The notes under the pieces: generated by a model
Database searches by the model: none
Seen by the model: only the letters and a program-made list of their open reading frames with translations
What the model was told of the DNA's origin: nothing
In this document: positions 31,394 through 41,057 of the stretch, piece after piece
How positions within the stretch are numbered: position 1 is the stretch's first letter
Layout: every line of letters begins with the position of its first letter
Made by a program: the position numbers and the translations under genes
Origin: an uncultured Spirochaetota bacterium
GTDB taxonomy: Bacteria > Spirochaetota > UBA4802 > UBA5550
Length of the DNA stretch: 64,000 nucleotides
Assembly: GCA_963827275.1 (NCBI GenBank)
Contig: CAWHAA010000010.1
Location: forward strand, 352,001-416,000
Direction: 5' to 3'

Positions 31394-32647
31394 ATGTTGA
31401 CAAAACCCCCAGGCATCGAGGACGTCTTCCCGGACCGGATCGGCAGGCGCGACCTGATCACTGACGCGGCCCGCGGGATGTTCCGGCTCTATAACTTCCG
31501 CGAGATCGTCATCCCCGTCATGGAATTCACCGAGGTCTTCGTGCGCGGCCTGGGCGACGAGACCGACATCGTTTCCAAGGAGATGTTCACCTTCGAGGAC
31601 CGGGGCGGCCGGAGCCTGACGCTGCGGCCCGAAGGGACCGCGTCGGTGGTGCGTGCCTACGTGGAAAACGGCGAATACAACCGCCTCGCGACCTGCAAGT
31701 TCTTCTACATTGGCCCGATGTTCAGGGCCGAGCGTCCCCAGAAGGGCCGCCTGCGCCAGTTCAACCAGTTCGGCGCGGAGCTCTTCGGGAGCGGCGACCC
31801 CTACCACGACTTCGAGGTGATCGCCATGATGGACGCCATTGCGAAGCGGTGCGGCATCGAGGGATACCGCCTGCTCGTCAATTCCATCGGCTGCCCCGCA
31901 TGCCGCGTGAATTTCGTAAAGGAGCTTACCGGCTACTATTCCGGGGTACAACACCTGCTCTGCAAGGACTGCGCGTCCCGGCTCGGACGCAATCCCCTGC
32001 GCCTCCTGGACTGCAAGCAGGAGTCCTGCCAGCCCCTTAAAAAGGATGCGCCCCGGATCACTTCGTTCCTGTGCGACGCGTGCGCGGCGCACCACGAAGC
32101 GCTGAAGGGATACCTTGCCGGCGCCGGCATCGACTACACCGAGGACCACCTCCTGGTGCGGGGCCTCGACTACTATACCAGGACCACCTTCGAGTTCGTC
32201 ACCGAGCGCCTGGGCGGGCAGAACGCCTTTGCCGCCGGCGGGAGGTACGACAACCTCGTGGAGCAGTTCGGCGGCAGGCCCACGCCCGCCGTCGGGTTCG
32301 CCGCGGGCATCGAGCGGATGGATTTGCTCCTTGACGGGAATACGGCCCCTTCCGCGGGCATAGACCTCTACATCGCCCACACCGGCGGCGATACGCTCGC
32401 GCGGGCTGTTTCCGTCTGCAGGCTGCTGCGCGAAAACGGCTTTTCCGCCGACCTGGACCCCGCGTCAAAGGGGTTCAAGGCGCAGTTCAAGAAGGCGGAC
32501 CGCGAGGGCGCGGCCCTGGCGCTGGTGATCGGAGAGGACGAGCTCGCCGCCGGCACGTATACCGTGAAGGACCTGAAGAGCGGCGAACAGGAAACGGTAT
32601 CGGCTGACCGGATCGTCGGGTACTGCAGATCAAAGCTGAACAGGTAG
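31394..32647 (+). CDS. hisS: Histidine--tRNA ligase
   Basis: KEMFTFEDRGGR, LRPEGTA, FRAERPQKGRLRQFNQ, LVRGLDYYTRT and GGRYD. Start moved to ATG 31394 after GAGGA. Confidence 0.96.
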   Translation: MLTKPPGIEDVFPDRIGRRDLITDAARGMFRLYNFREIVIPVMEFTEVFVRGLGDETDIVSKEMFTFEDRGGRSLTLRPEGTASVVRAYVENGEYNRLATCKFFYIGPMFRAERPQKGRLRQFNQFGAELFGSGDPYHDFEVIAMMDAIAKRCGIEGYRLLVNSIGCPACRVNFVKELTGYYSGVQHLLCKDCASRLGRNPLRLLDCKQESCQPLKKDAPRITSFLCDACAAHHEALKGYLAGAGIDYTEDHLLVRGLDYYTRTTFEFVTERLGGQNAFAAGGRYDNLVEQFGGRPTPAVGFAAGIERMDLLLDGNTAPSAGIDLYIAHTGGDTLARAVSVCRLLRENGFSADLDPASKGFKAQFKKADREGAALALVIGEDELAAGTYTVKDLKSGEQETVSADRIVGYCRSKLNR

Positions 32648-32700
32648 GCCCCGGCGCCCTGCGGGCGCGCGGTCACTGCCTGTCGGCGGAGGGCACGGAC

Positions 32701-33213
32701 ATGTATTCCATACGCGGCGTCACCGATGCGGACTTCGGGATCATCCCCGGGTTTTTCGCTGACGAGCGGGAGCTGCATTACGCGTTCCCGAACGCCGGCT
32801 GGCCCCTCACGGCGAAGGACCTTCGGCGTTCCATTGAAGCACGCTCCGATTCATCGGTGCTGCTGGCGGGCACTACCCCCATCGGCTTCGCGAACCTGTT
32901 CGATATAAAAAACAATGTCGAGTGCACCCTCGGCAACGTCATCATAGACGCGCGCAGGAGAAAAAAGGGAGCGGGACAATTCCTTGTCAGAGGAATGATC
33001 GGCATCGCCATTGAAAAATATAAAACGCCGCGGATACTCGTGTCCTGCTGGCAGGAGAACAACACCGCCATGATGCTCTATGCAAAGCTCGGATTCACCC
33101 CTTTCGGCACCGTCACTAAGGAATTCACCGGTGGCATAACGGTGCCGGTCATCCTGTTGGAAAAAATCTACACCTGCGACGTGGAAGAGCCCTCCCCCGT
33201 CGGCACGATATGA
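32701..33213 (+). CDS. GNAT family N-acetyltransferase
   Basis: RRKKGAGQFLV acetyl-CoA motif and NNTAMMLYAKLGF. Confidence 0.85.
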   Translation: MYSIRGVTDADFGIIPGFFADERELHYAFPNAGWPLTAKDLRRSIEARSDSSVLLAGTTPIGFANLFDIKNNVECTLGNVIIDARRRKKGAGQFLVRGMIGIAIEKYKTPRILVSCWQENNTAMMLYAKLGFTPFGTVTKEFTGGITVPVILLEKIYTCDVEEPSPVGTI

Positions 33214-33220
33214 GACGCGC

Positions 33221-34714
33221 ATGGAACGTAAAGAACTGACAGACAGAATGAACGAGATCTTCCGCGCCTGCGGATTCGACCTGTCCCCGCGCCAGGTCGG
33301 GCAGTTCGGCGGCTACTATGAGCTCCTGATGGAGCAGAACGAGGCCCTCGACCTGACGCGTCTGAAATCCTTTGAAGACATCGTGATAAAGCACTTCGTC
33401 GATTCGATCTACTTCACCGAATACGTGGAGCTCCCCTCGCCCCTCATGGACATCGGCTCGGGCGCGGGGTTCCCCGGCATCCCCCTGAAGATATATATCC
33501 CGGGCCTGGACATCATCCTGGCTGAACCGCGGAAAAAGCGCGCCGCGTTTCTCGAAGAGACCGCGCGCGCCATCGGCCTCGGCGCCGTGCGGGTCTATCC
33601 CCACATGGTGACCGGCCTTACCGACTTCGCCGTGCAGGGCGTGATTACCCGCGCCCTCGAGACGGTCGATGAGACCCTCACCCGGGTCTTTCACCTTCTG
33701 CCGCGGGGGGGAAAGGCCATATTCATGAAAGGGCCCGACGCGGACCGCGACCTTGACGCGCTGTCGGACGACAACCGCTCGGCCTATTCCCTGGAGACCG
33801 ACCGTCACTACACCCTGCCGCACACCGACCATGAGCGCCGGATCATAGTATTCAGAAAGGAAACCGGCGGCTCGCGCAAAACCTACGCGATACTGAAAGA
33901 CCTGAGCGCGACGACGGGCACCGCCATCACGTCCGAAGAAAACAAAAAATTCAGGGAGCTGAAAAAGCTGTCCGCCGGCGACGGGATCCGCAAGAGCGGG
34001 TCAATACTGGTGGCGGGGAAAAAGATCATACGCGAGATAGTTGCCGGGGGGACGGTCCCCGTCAGGGAGCTTGTCCTCTGCGATGGCCATGTCGAAGATG
34101 ATGCCGGCATGGACGGCATCATCAGGGAGTTTGCGGCCCGGGGCTCGCTCCTGGTCATGAAGAAGGCGCTCTACAGCGAGCTGGACCTGTTCAACACCCG
34201 CGGCCCGCTGCTGTCGGCGGGCGTTCCGGAGATGAAGACATGGGACCTTTCCATCGGGCCCGGCTGCACTCTCCTCATCCCGTTCCAGGACCCGGTGAAT
34301 GTCGGTTCGGCGATACGCTCGGCGGTGGGATTCAATGTAAAGAAGATCATCATGCTGAAGGAAGCGGCCAACCCCTTCCACCCGAAATCGGTCAGGACCT
34401 CGGCGGGGGCCGTGTTCGGCGCCGATATTGAAAAAGGACCGTCCCTCTACGAGCTCCCCGGCCTTTTAGCGGAGGCGATGCCGCGGATCATCACCCTCGA
34501 CGCGGGCGGGGCGCCGCTCTCCTCGTGCGTGTTCCCCGACCGGTTCCTCCTCCTGCCGGGGATCGAGGGGCCGGGGCTGCCGGATTCGCTGAAGGCGCAG
34601 TCCGTATCCGTCCCGATCAGCGGCGCGGTGGAGTCGCTCAACGCGCCCGTGGCGCTCTCCATCGCCCTGTATGAATGGAGCCGTCACTCTCCTTCGAACT
34701 CGACCAGGCTGTAG
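33221..34714 (+). CDS. rsmG: Fusion of 16S rRNA m7G527 methyltransferase RsmG and a TrmH/SpoU methyltransferase
   Basis: N-half KHFVDS, DIGSGAGFPGIPL, TRA and MKG. C-half QDPVNVGSAIRSA, GIEGPGL and VESLNAPVALSIALYE. Confidence 0.88.
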   Translation: MERKELTDRMNEIFRACGFDLSPRQVGQFGGYYELLMEQNEALDLTRLKSFEDIVIKHFVDSIYFTEYVELPSPLMDIGSGAGFPGIPLKIYIPGLDIILAEPRKKRAAFLEETARAIGLGAVRVYPHMVTGLTDFAVQGVITRALETVDETLTRVFHLLPRGGKAIFMKGPDADRDLDALSDDNRSAYSLETDRHYTLPHTDHERRIIVFRKETGGSRKTYAILKDLSATTGTAITSEENKKFRELKKLSAGDGIRKSGSILVAGKKIIREIVAGGTVPVRELVLCDGHVEDDAGMDGIIREFAARGSLLVMKKALYSELDLFNTRGPLLSAGVPEMKTWDLSIGPGCTLLIPFQDPVNVGSAIRSAVGFNVKKIIMLKEAANPFHPKSVRTSAGAVFGADIEKGPSLYELPGLLAEAMPRIITLDAGGAPLSSCVFPDRFLLLPGIEGPGLPDSLKAQSVSVPISGAVESLNAPVALSIALYEWSRHSPSNSTRL

Positions 34715-35244
34715 TGATTGTATCCCGCCGCTTCGATTTTCTTGCGGCCCCCCAGGTCCGGCAGGTCCACGATGAAGGCGATCTCGACGACGACCCCGCC
34801 CAGTTTTTCCACCAGCTTCGCGCAGGCGAGCGAGGTGCCGCCGGTGGCGAGGAGGTCGTCGATGATCAGGACCCGCTCGCCCTTTTTGATGGCGTCGATA
34901 TGCACCTCGATGCAGTCGGTGCCGTATTCCAGCGCGTATTCATGCGAGACCGTCTCATAGGGGAGCTTCCCCTTCTTGCGGATCGGCACGAGCCCCTTCC
35001 TGAGCTCGTAGGCAATCGCCCCGCCGATCAGGAAACCGCGCGCTTCTATCCCGGCGATACAGTCGATCTCCATCCCCTTGTAGCGCCTGATGAAGGCGTC
35101 GATGGTCATACGGTAGCCTTCCCGGTCGCTGAGGAGCGTCGTGATGTCCCTGAATATGATGCCCTTTTTCGGAAAATCAGGGATGTTCCTGATTTTCGAC
35201 TTGAGCATGGCTATGATCTTCGGGTTGCCCTTCGCCTGCATCAA
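34684..35244 (-). CDS. apt: Adenine phosphoribosyltransferase
   Basis: IPDFPKKGIIFRDIT, EARGF, RKKGKLP, LEYG and IIDDLLATGGT. Confidence 0.96.
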   Translation of the reverse strand: MMQAKGNPKIIAMLKSKIRNIPDFPKKGIIFRDITTLLSDREGYRMTIDAFIRRYKGMEIDCIAGIEARGFLIGGAIAYELRKGLVPIRKKGKLPYETVSHEYALEYGTDCIEVHIDAIKKGERVLIIDDLLATGGTSLACAKLVEKLGGVVVEIAFIVDLPDLGGRKKIEAAGYNHYSLVEFEGE

Positions 35245-35279
35245 TCATCTCCCCCGGCGCGTCATTGCGCCGTCACTCC

Positions 35280-36641
35280 TTAGAATTGCACTTCTGCCTT
35301 TATGTACACGTTGTTGTTCGGCGTCGGGTCTTTTTTCGTTATGTCATGCAGCGACGTCGCGACATGGTACCTGACGGTCTCATAGTAGAGCACCATGCGG
35401 AAATAGTCGCTGAACTGGTACCCGATTCCCGCGCCCAGCACGAGCGTCTCGTTCGAACGGCGTCCGTTGGCAAAGAGGCTTTTCAGCTCCCTGCCCCACG
35501 CGGCCCGGCCGATGATAAGGACCGGCGCCGGCCTGACGATCGCGCCGAGGTTGAAGTTGAACCATGCATCCACCATCAGGAAACGCTGCCGGTAGCGCGG
35601 CGTGTAGCCCGTAAAGGGATATATGAACGTCGTCTTGGAGTACTGCATCTCCGGCGCAAAGAAGTTCGCGCCGACCTTCAGATAATCGCTGTACCAGGCG
35701 ATACCGGCGCCCAGGTAGCTTCTTTTATCGATGCCCTGATACTTGACGGGGAGTCCCGCCGCGTCCTCTTCGATCCTGTTCTTGTTCGTGTCTTCCCATC
35801 TCCCGTAGAAATTGACCGTGAGGTTTTTCAGGTAATCAACCGGGTTTACCGACACAAGGAGGGTGTGGGACTTGCCCGCGTATGTCTCGTTGTGGTCCGA
35901 CCTCACGCCCTCGCCGTTTGAGATCATGTATTCGAGGGTTACCATGTTGAAGAGCGCGAGCGACACCATGCCGCCCAGGTCGGCGGAGTCGTCGAAGCTC
36001 TTCCCGTTCAGTATCATCTTGGAATTGTTGAGATAGTTCTGTCCGATCCACCGCAGGTCGGAGAGTCTGTCGGTGATCCCGACGACCGGGGTCCCGATCT
36101 TGCCGACCTGCGCCTTCAGGCCGATGGGGCCGACCGGCGTGCCGAATTCCTTGTAGAGCTGGATAAAGCCGTATTTCAGGTAGAGAAAATCAGAGCTCTT
36201 GGGGTCGATATCAACGGTGATCTTCGCGCTGAATATCTCGCCGAGCCGCTTTTTTACTGTTATATAAGCCCGGTTGAGCCTGAATGAATTGCTGTCTTTA
36301 TATGAATAATTGGACGGCTCTTCGCCGGTAAGTTTCGTGGGGTCCGACCACGCCGCCAGGTAATCGCCTGTATTGATCCCCCACCGGGAGACTTTTCCCC
36401 AGGTGCTCGCACCGGTGTATTTGAACCCGGTAAAATAGGCCCATTCCATGTACATGAGGCACGAAAGATCGACCCAGAGCTTGCTCGGGTCTTTCCGGGC
36501 CGAGTCTTCCTTCGCTCCCGCATCTGCCGCCTGCTGCTTCTCGATCTCGGGCTTCTGGCGGTCGGGCCTGTCCTGGGATACCGCCGGCACGGAGAGCGAT
36601 AACATGACTAGTGACGCGATTACGGCAAACATCCTGTTCAT
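35280..36641 (-). CDS. Probable outer-membrane porin-like protein
   Basis: Signal peptide, FRLNRAYITV, many amphipathic strands and terminal YIKAEVQF. Confidence 0.65.
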   Translation of the reverse strand: MNRMFAVIASLVMLSLSVPAVSQDRPDRQKPEIEKQQAADAGAKEDSARKDPSKLWVDLSCLMYMEWAYFTGFKYTGASTWGKVSRWGINTGDYLAAWSDPTKLTGEEPSNYSYKDSNSFRLNRAYITVKKRLGEIFSAKITVDIDPKSSDFLYLKYGFIQLYKEFGTPVGPIGLKAQVGKIGTPVVGITDRLSDLRWIGQNYLNNSKMILNGKSFDDSADLGGMVSLALFNMVTLEYMISNGEGVRSDHNETYAGKSHTLLVSVNPVDYLKNLTVNFYGRWEDTNKNRIEEDAAGLPVKYQGIDKRSYLGAGIAWYSDYLKVGANFFAPEMQYSKTTFIYPFTGYTPRYRQRFLMVDAWFNFNLGAIVRPAPVLIIGRAAWGRELKSLFANGRRSNETLVLGAGIGYQFSDYFRMVLYYETVRYHVATSLHDITKKDPTPNNNVYIKAEVQF

Positions 36642-36908
36642 AACAGGCCTCCAATGATTTCATCTTTTAAAATTGCGATTTAAAATAGCAATAATTTATC
36701 GTGCGTCTTTTTTTTTCAAGCAGTAAAAATTACGGACAAAAAATATGGGGTGCGCGCCGGAACCCCCGTAAAAACGCTTGTAACTTTTTTGTCCCGGCGT
36801 ACACTCATTTCATCAGTGTATTCAACAGCACCCGGGGCCGCCAGGGGATACTGACAGCGGCCGACGACGGCCGCGCAAGGCCCCGGCAGCAGCAGGAGGA
36901 ATGAAGAC

Positions 36909-38036
36909 ATGAAGCATGGCGGGATAAAACTGGCTGCCCTGTTTTTTTCTCTGGCGCTTGCCGCAGCAGCGGCGCGGGCCGATTCCGGGTTCCCCGGCGA
37001 AACCGGGAGGGAGTCGCCCCTCAGGCAGGAGAACCGGAACTCGCCGGTATATGAACTGCAGAACACGTTCCAGAAGGTGTACGAGCAGTATAAAAACAGC
37101 GTCGTGTTTATCAGCACCGAGAAAACCGTCCAGCCGCGGTACCGCGATCCCTTCATGGACGATCCCTTCTTCAGGGAATTTTTCGGGAAGCGGGGCGTCC
37201 AGCCTGAAGCGCAGAAGCAAAAAGGCCTGGGGACCGGGTTCGTCATCACCAGCGACGGCTATATCTGCACCAATCACCATGTGGTGTCGAACATGGATTC
37301 GGTGACCGTCAGGATCAACAACAAGGACTACAAGGCAACGCTGGTCGGGTCGGACCAGCTCACCGACATCGCGCTGCTGAAGATCACCGCTACGGGGAAA
37401 TTCACGCCGGTCTACTTCGGCAACTCGGACCGGGTCAAAATAGGCGACATGGTCGTCGCCATAGGGAACCCGTTCGGCCTGGACAAGACCATTACCACCG
37501 GGATCATCAGCGCAACGGGACGGCACGTGTACAATGATACCGGGGTCTCGCACATACAGACCGACGCCTCCATCAATCCCGGCAACAGCGGCGGTCCGCT
37601 CATCAACCTCGACGGCGAGGTGATCGGCATGAACCGCATGATATACTCCAGCACCGGCGGCAGCCTCGGCATCGGGTTCGCCATCCCCATCAATACCGTC
37701 AAGGAGACGCTGGGCCAGCTCCAGAAGTACGGGAAGGTCAAGCGCGGGTATATCGGCGTACAGATATCCCCTCTCACCCCGGAATTCGCGAAGGAGCTCG
37801 GCCTTAAAAAGCCGGAAGGCGCACTGGTCGGGGCGGTGGAGAAGGACGGGCCGGCCGACATGGCCGGGGTGCGCGTCAGGGACGTCATTCTCCGTGTCGG
37901 CGGCAAGGCCATACAGGATTATACCGACCTGGTAAGCTTCGTGGGGAAAATGGAGATCGGGAAGAACCTGCAGGTGACCGTGTGGAGGGAGAAGGCCGAG
38001 GTCAACCTCTGGGTCACGGTCAAGGAGCGGCCGTAG
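36909..38036 (+). CDS. htrA: HtrA/DegQ-family serine protease with one PDZ domain
   Basis: GTGFVI, TNHHVV, DIALLK, TDASINPGNSGGPL and a single PDZ domain. Confidence 0.93.
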   Translation: MKHGGIKLAALFFSLALAAAAARADSGFPGETGRESPLRQENRNSPVYELQNTFQKVYEQYKNSVVFISTEKTVQPRYRDPFMDDPFFREFFGKRGVQPEAQKQKGLGTGFVITSDGYICTNHHVVSNMDSVTVRINNKDYKATLVGSDQLTDIALLKITATGKFTPVYFGNSDRVKIGDMVVAIGNPFGLDKTITTGIISATGRHVYNDTGVSHIQTDASINPGNSGGPLINLDGEVIGMNRMIYSSTGGSLGIGFAIPINTVKETLGQLQKYGKVKRGYIGVQISPLTPEFAKELGLKKPEGALVGAVEKDGPADMAGVRVRDVILRVGGKAIQDYTDLVSFVGKMEIGKNLQVTVWREKAEVNLWVTVKERP

Positions 38037-38065
38037 GAAGTCCCCCTCCCCCGGCAGCCTAACAT

Positions 38066-38094
38066 AAAAACCCCCGCCGACGGCGGGGGTTTTT
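38066..38094. terminator. Bidirectional intrinsic terminator
   Basis: AAAAACCCCCGCCG-A-CGGCGGGGGTTTTT between convergent genes. Confidence 0.9.
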
Positions 38095-38164
38095 CGATTG
38101 TCCCTGTCACTGATCGCTCTCCGATCGTTGGAAAAACCGCCGCTCTGTTGCGGCGGCTGCGGCG

Positions 38165-39397
38165 CTAGAGCTCCCCGACGTTCTCGTATTCAGCGTACTC
38201 CTGCCCGCCCCCCTGCGGCTTTCCGCTCATTGCCTTGTCCGTCGTCACTTCAGAGGGCCGCGCCCTGTCATCGCGTTCGACCTTCTTCTCGCCGTTGCTG
38301 TCTGCATCGATCTCCGGGAGCACTCTTCTCTGTATCCGGTAGAGCATCTCCTGTGTGCTCATGCCCTTCCACTTGCGGGCCGTGTCGATGAAGCGGCCGC
38401 GCGGGTAATTGTTGATATATATCTGGAATTCGCGGGCGGCAAGGTCGAATTTCTTCAGCATGAAATAGGCATAGCCCTTCCGTATCCGGGCGTCCTCGCC
38501 CTTACGCCCGCCATACTGCATGAGCACCCGGTCGTAATAATTAATGGCCGTGCCGTATTTATGCAGGGCAAAATTGCACTGCCCGATCCAGTAGAGACAG
38601 TTCTCGGCGTAATCGTTCTCCGGGAAATTGTTCAGGAGCCGCTTGAAATAGGATATGGCCGACGTGTAGTTACCCTTGCGGTAGTTCTCGTGGCCGGTCC
38701 GGTATACCTGGCGGACATAGGCTTCCCGCACATCTTCCGCGTACGGGCTCATGGCGCCGTAATACTTGAGGAAATACTCATAGGTGCTGAAGGCCAGGTC
38801 GTTCTGGCCGAGACGCTTGTAGGCGCGGGCCTTCCCGAGTAACGCTTCCTCGTTGTTGCCGTTTTCAACCAGGGCGATATCGAACATGCGTTTTGATTTC
38901 TCGTATTCTTTCATCTGGAGGTAGGTGTGTCCAAGCTCCGAATAGACCCTGCTCCTGAATTCCTTGTTGTCGGAATTATTGAGCAGTGAAAGGAGCTGAT
39001 GGATGCCCTCCTCCGTGTGGCGCTTCATCACCGTGAGCCGGGCGATCCTTGCCTTTACCTCCGCGGTGAGGGCGGGGTCAAGGTCACGGCCGTTTTTCAG
39101 GATGTACACGTATTTCAGGTAGGCCAGCCGGTTCAGGTCCATCTTCTCGTAGCACTGGGCGATGAATAAATACGATTCCGTTTCCGCCTTGGTGCCGGGA
39201 TAGCGGGCTATGACTTTTGAAAAAATTGTTATGGAATCGTTGATCGCCTCGCGCGAACCCCGCTCGTACACGAGCTTCCCCTCGGTGAGGAGCTCCGTGG
39301 CCTCCCGTTCGTGCCTGATGAAGTTGTTATAGTAGGCAAAGAGCCCTATGCCTATGACGATCAAAACCGCTCCGATTATAATTCCTTCTTTTTTCAT
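38165..39397 (-). CDS. Membrane-anchored TPR protein (BamD/CpoB-like repeats)
   Basis: N-terminal TM helix and repeats such as AISYFKRLLNNFP, CLYWIGQCNF and FQIYINNYP. Confidence 0.8.
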   Translation of the reverse strand: MKKEGIIIGAVLIVIGIGLFAYYNNFIRHEREATELLTEGKLVYERGSREAINDSITIFSKVIARYPGTKAETESYLFIAQCYEKMDLNRLAYLKYVYILKNGRDLDPALTAEVKARIARLTVMKRHTEEGIHQLLSLLNNSDNKEFRSRVYSELGHTYLQMKEYEKSKRMFDIALVENGNNEEALLGKARAYKRLGQNDLAFSTYEYFLKYYGAMSPYAEDVREAYVRQVYRTGHENYRKGNYTSAISYFKRLLNNFPENDYAENCLYWIGQCNFALHKYGTAINYYDRVLMQYGGRKGEDARIRKGYAYFMLKKFDLAAREFQIYINNYPRGRFIDTARKWKGMSTQEMLYRIQRRVLPEIDADSNGEKKVERDDRARPSEVTTDKAMSGKPQGGGQEYAEYENVGEL

Positions 39398-39422
39398 ATG
39401 CCCTCGAATAACGCTGTTATAG

Positions 39423-40832
39423 TTAATAATTCTTCAATCGGGTCAACGCAAAATCCTGCCAGAAGGCAGACTGTTTCGGAAAATACGCCTTCACGTCCTT
39501 AGCGAACAGGTAATCAAGCGACTTCCGGTATTCTCCCAGCTCGATATATGATCTGCCGATAAAGAGCCCGGCCTTGGCAGTCACCCCTTTATTATCGGTA
39601 CGCCGCAGGAGATTGAGCAATTCTTTTATCGCATTCCGGTATTTACCCTTGAAGAAGGTCCGTCTCAGGATCCGGTCGATATCATCCGTTTCGGCGAGAT
39701 CTATCTTTATTTCCGGTCTCTTTATTCTTTCTTTAATGACAACGGGGGTCCTGGTGATATTCACCCCCGGCACCAGCTCAACGGCTGCGCTGCCGGCGGC
39801 CCCGGAAGGAACAAGGCCGTAATAGTAGGCCCCCGGAAGGGTTACCGGGTCCCGGTATTCCCTGCGGGATATGTCAATTTCCTGTAAAACCTCTCCGTCC
39901 GTGACCTCGCCCGACGCCGTATGGAGCTTCGCGGACCGGAACAGGCGGTGCATGTTCCCCTCTCCCCTGCCGGTGAAATTCCAGCCGACAATCACGCCGT
40001 CCCCCCCGGCCCTGGCATTGATAGATGTAATGGCGACCGTTTCAGGCGCGGGAGCGCTCAGGCGCACCGCTACCCCCTGGGTGGTGAAGTTCGCACCGGG
40101 CACCAGGGACCGGTTTTCCTTCCCCTTGAGGGAACGCGCGGTGACCGCATAATAATAGTCGCCCGGTTCGGTGATGCCCTCGTCGAGAAATTCTTCCGCA
40201 TCGGTCACGGTGCCGAGCTTGTCCGCCGCATCGAGACGCGCAACGGAATCGATGGCCTCCCGCGACCGGTATATGTAATAATAAACGCCCGTCATGTCGG
40301 GGTTTACCCAGGCCAGGCGGACCTTGAATTTTTCGATCTCCGCCGCAGCGATTCCCGCCACCAGCAGCTCCTCCCCGCGAGCGCCGATAACGGCCGGTTC
40401 GCCGGTATAATTGCCGTCGCGGAAGAGGCCCATCCTGTTTTCCACGATGCTCTTTTTTGAAAGCACGACATAGTAGTAAGAACCGGGGACGCAGCCGCTG
40501 TCATCAAAGCTGTTCTGTTCCGCCCCCTTTACCGTTGCAATCACCCGCGCGGCGCGGACCTTTTCAGCGGTGTCAATAACGCTGTCGGACTTCGCCACGA
40601 TATATTCTTCTCCGGCGAACTGCGGGTTCAATTGCCAGCGTACCCTGATCACGCATGATCCGTCAGGTGCGGCGGGCGGCGTCTCGGCCGTTATGCTGCG
40701 GGCCATGTCATCCGGGGCCTTTTCCTCTTCGTCTTCAAGAAATTGCGGATACAGGCTCGCCGCCCAGGTGAAGCTCATCAACAGGACCAGCGGTACAAGC
40801 CGCCGCGCCATCCCCTTTTTTCTTGCATGCAT
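39423..40832 (-). CDS. Exported protein with three FN3-like repeats and a C-terminal TPR-like segment
   Basis: Repeated W...Y(R)S...GxYYY pattern three times plus a signal peptide. Start uncertain. Confidence 0.6.
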   Translation of the reverse strand: MHARKKGMARRLVPLVLLMSFTWAASLYPQFLEDEEEKAPDDMARSITAETPPAAPDGSCVIRVRWQLNPQFAGEEYIVAKSDSVIDTAEKVRAARVIATVKGAEQNSFDDSGCVPGSYYYVVLSKKSIVENRMGLFRDGNYTGEPAVIGARGEELLVAGIAAAEIEKFKVRLAWVNPDMTGVYYYIYRSREAIDSVARLDAADKLGTVTDAEEFLDEGITEPGDYYYAVTARSLKGKENRSLVPGANFTTQGVAVRLSAPAPETVAITSINARAGGDGVIVGWNFTGRGEGNMHRLFRSAKLHTASGEVTDGEVLQEIDISRREYRDPVTLPGAYYYGLVPSGAAGSAAVELVPGVNITRTPVVIKERIKRPEIKIDLAETDDIDRILRRTFFKGKYRNAIKELLNLLRRTDNKGVTAKAGLFIGRSYIELGEYRKSLDYLFAKDVKAYFPKQSAFWQDFALTRLKNY

Positions 40833-41057
40833 TGACGTTTTCCTTGCCCTTGATTTGCCCGGTCCGGCCCGCGCCGGGTGCCGCCGTAGCATATGCACTG
40901 GGACGCATATACTATTTTTTATATTTTCGGATAATGACCGGTTTTCATAAAGCCTTATTTGCCCTTATATATGATGGAATTTTATAGATACGGCGCGGCA
41001 CCCGGCCCTTAAATTAGTATTGACTTCAGGCGCACAGTGCGCTCAATTAATGCCGGT

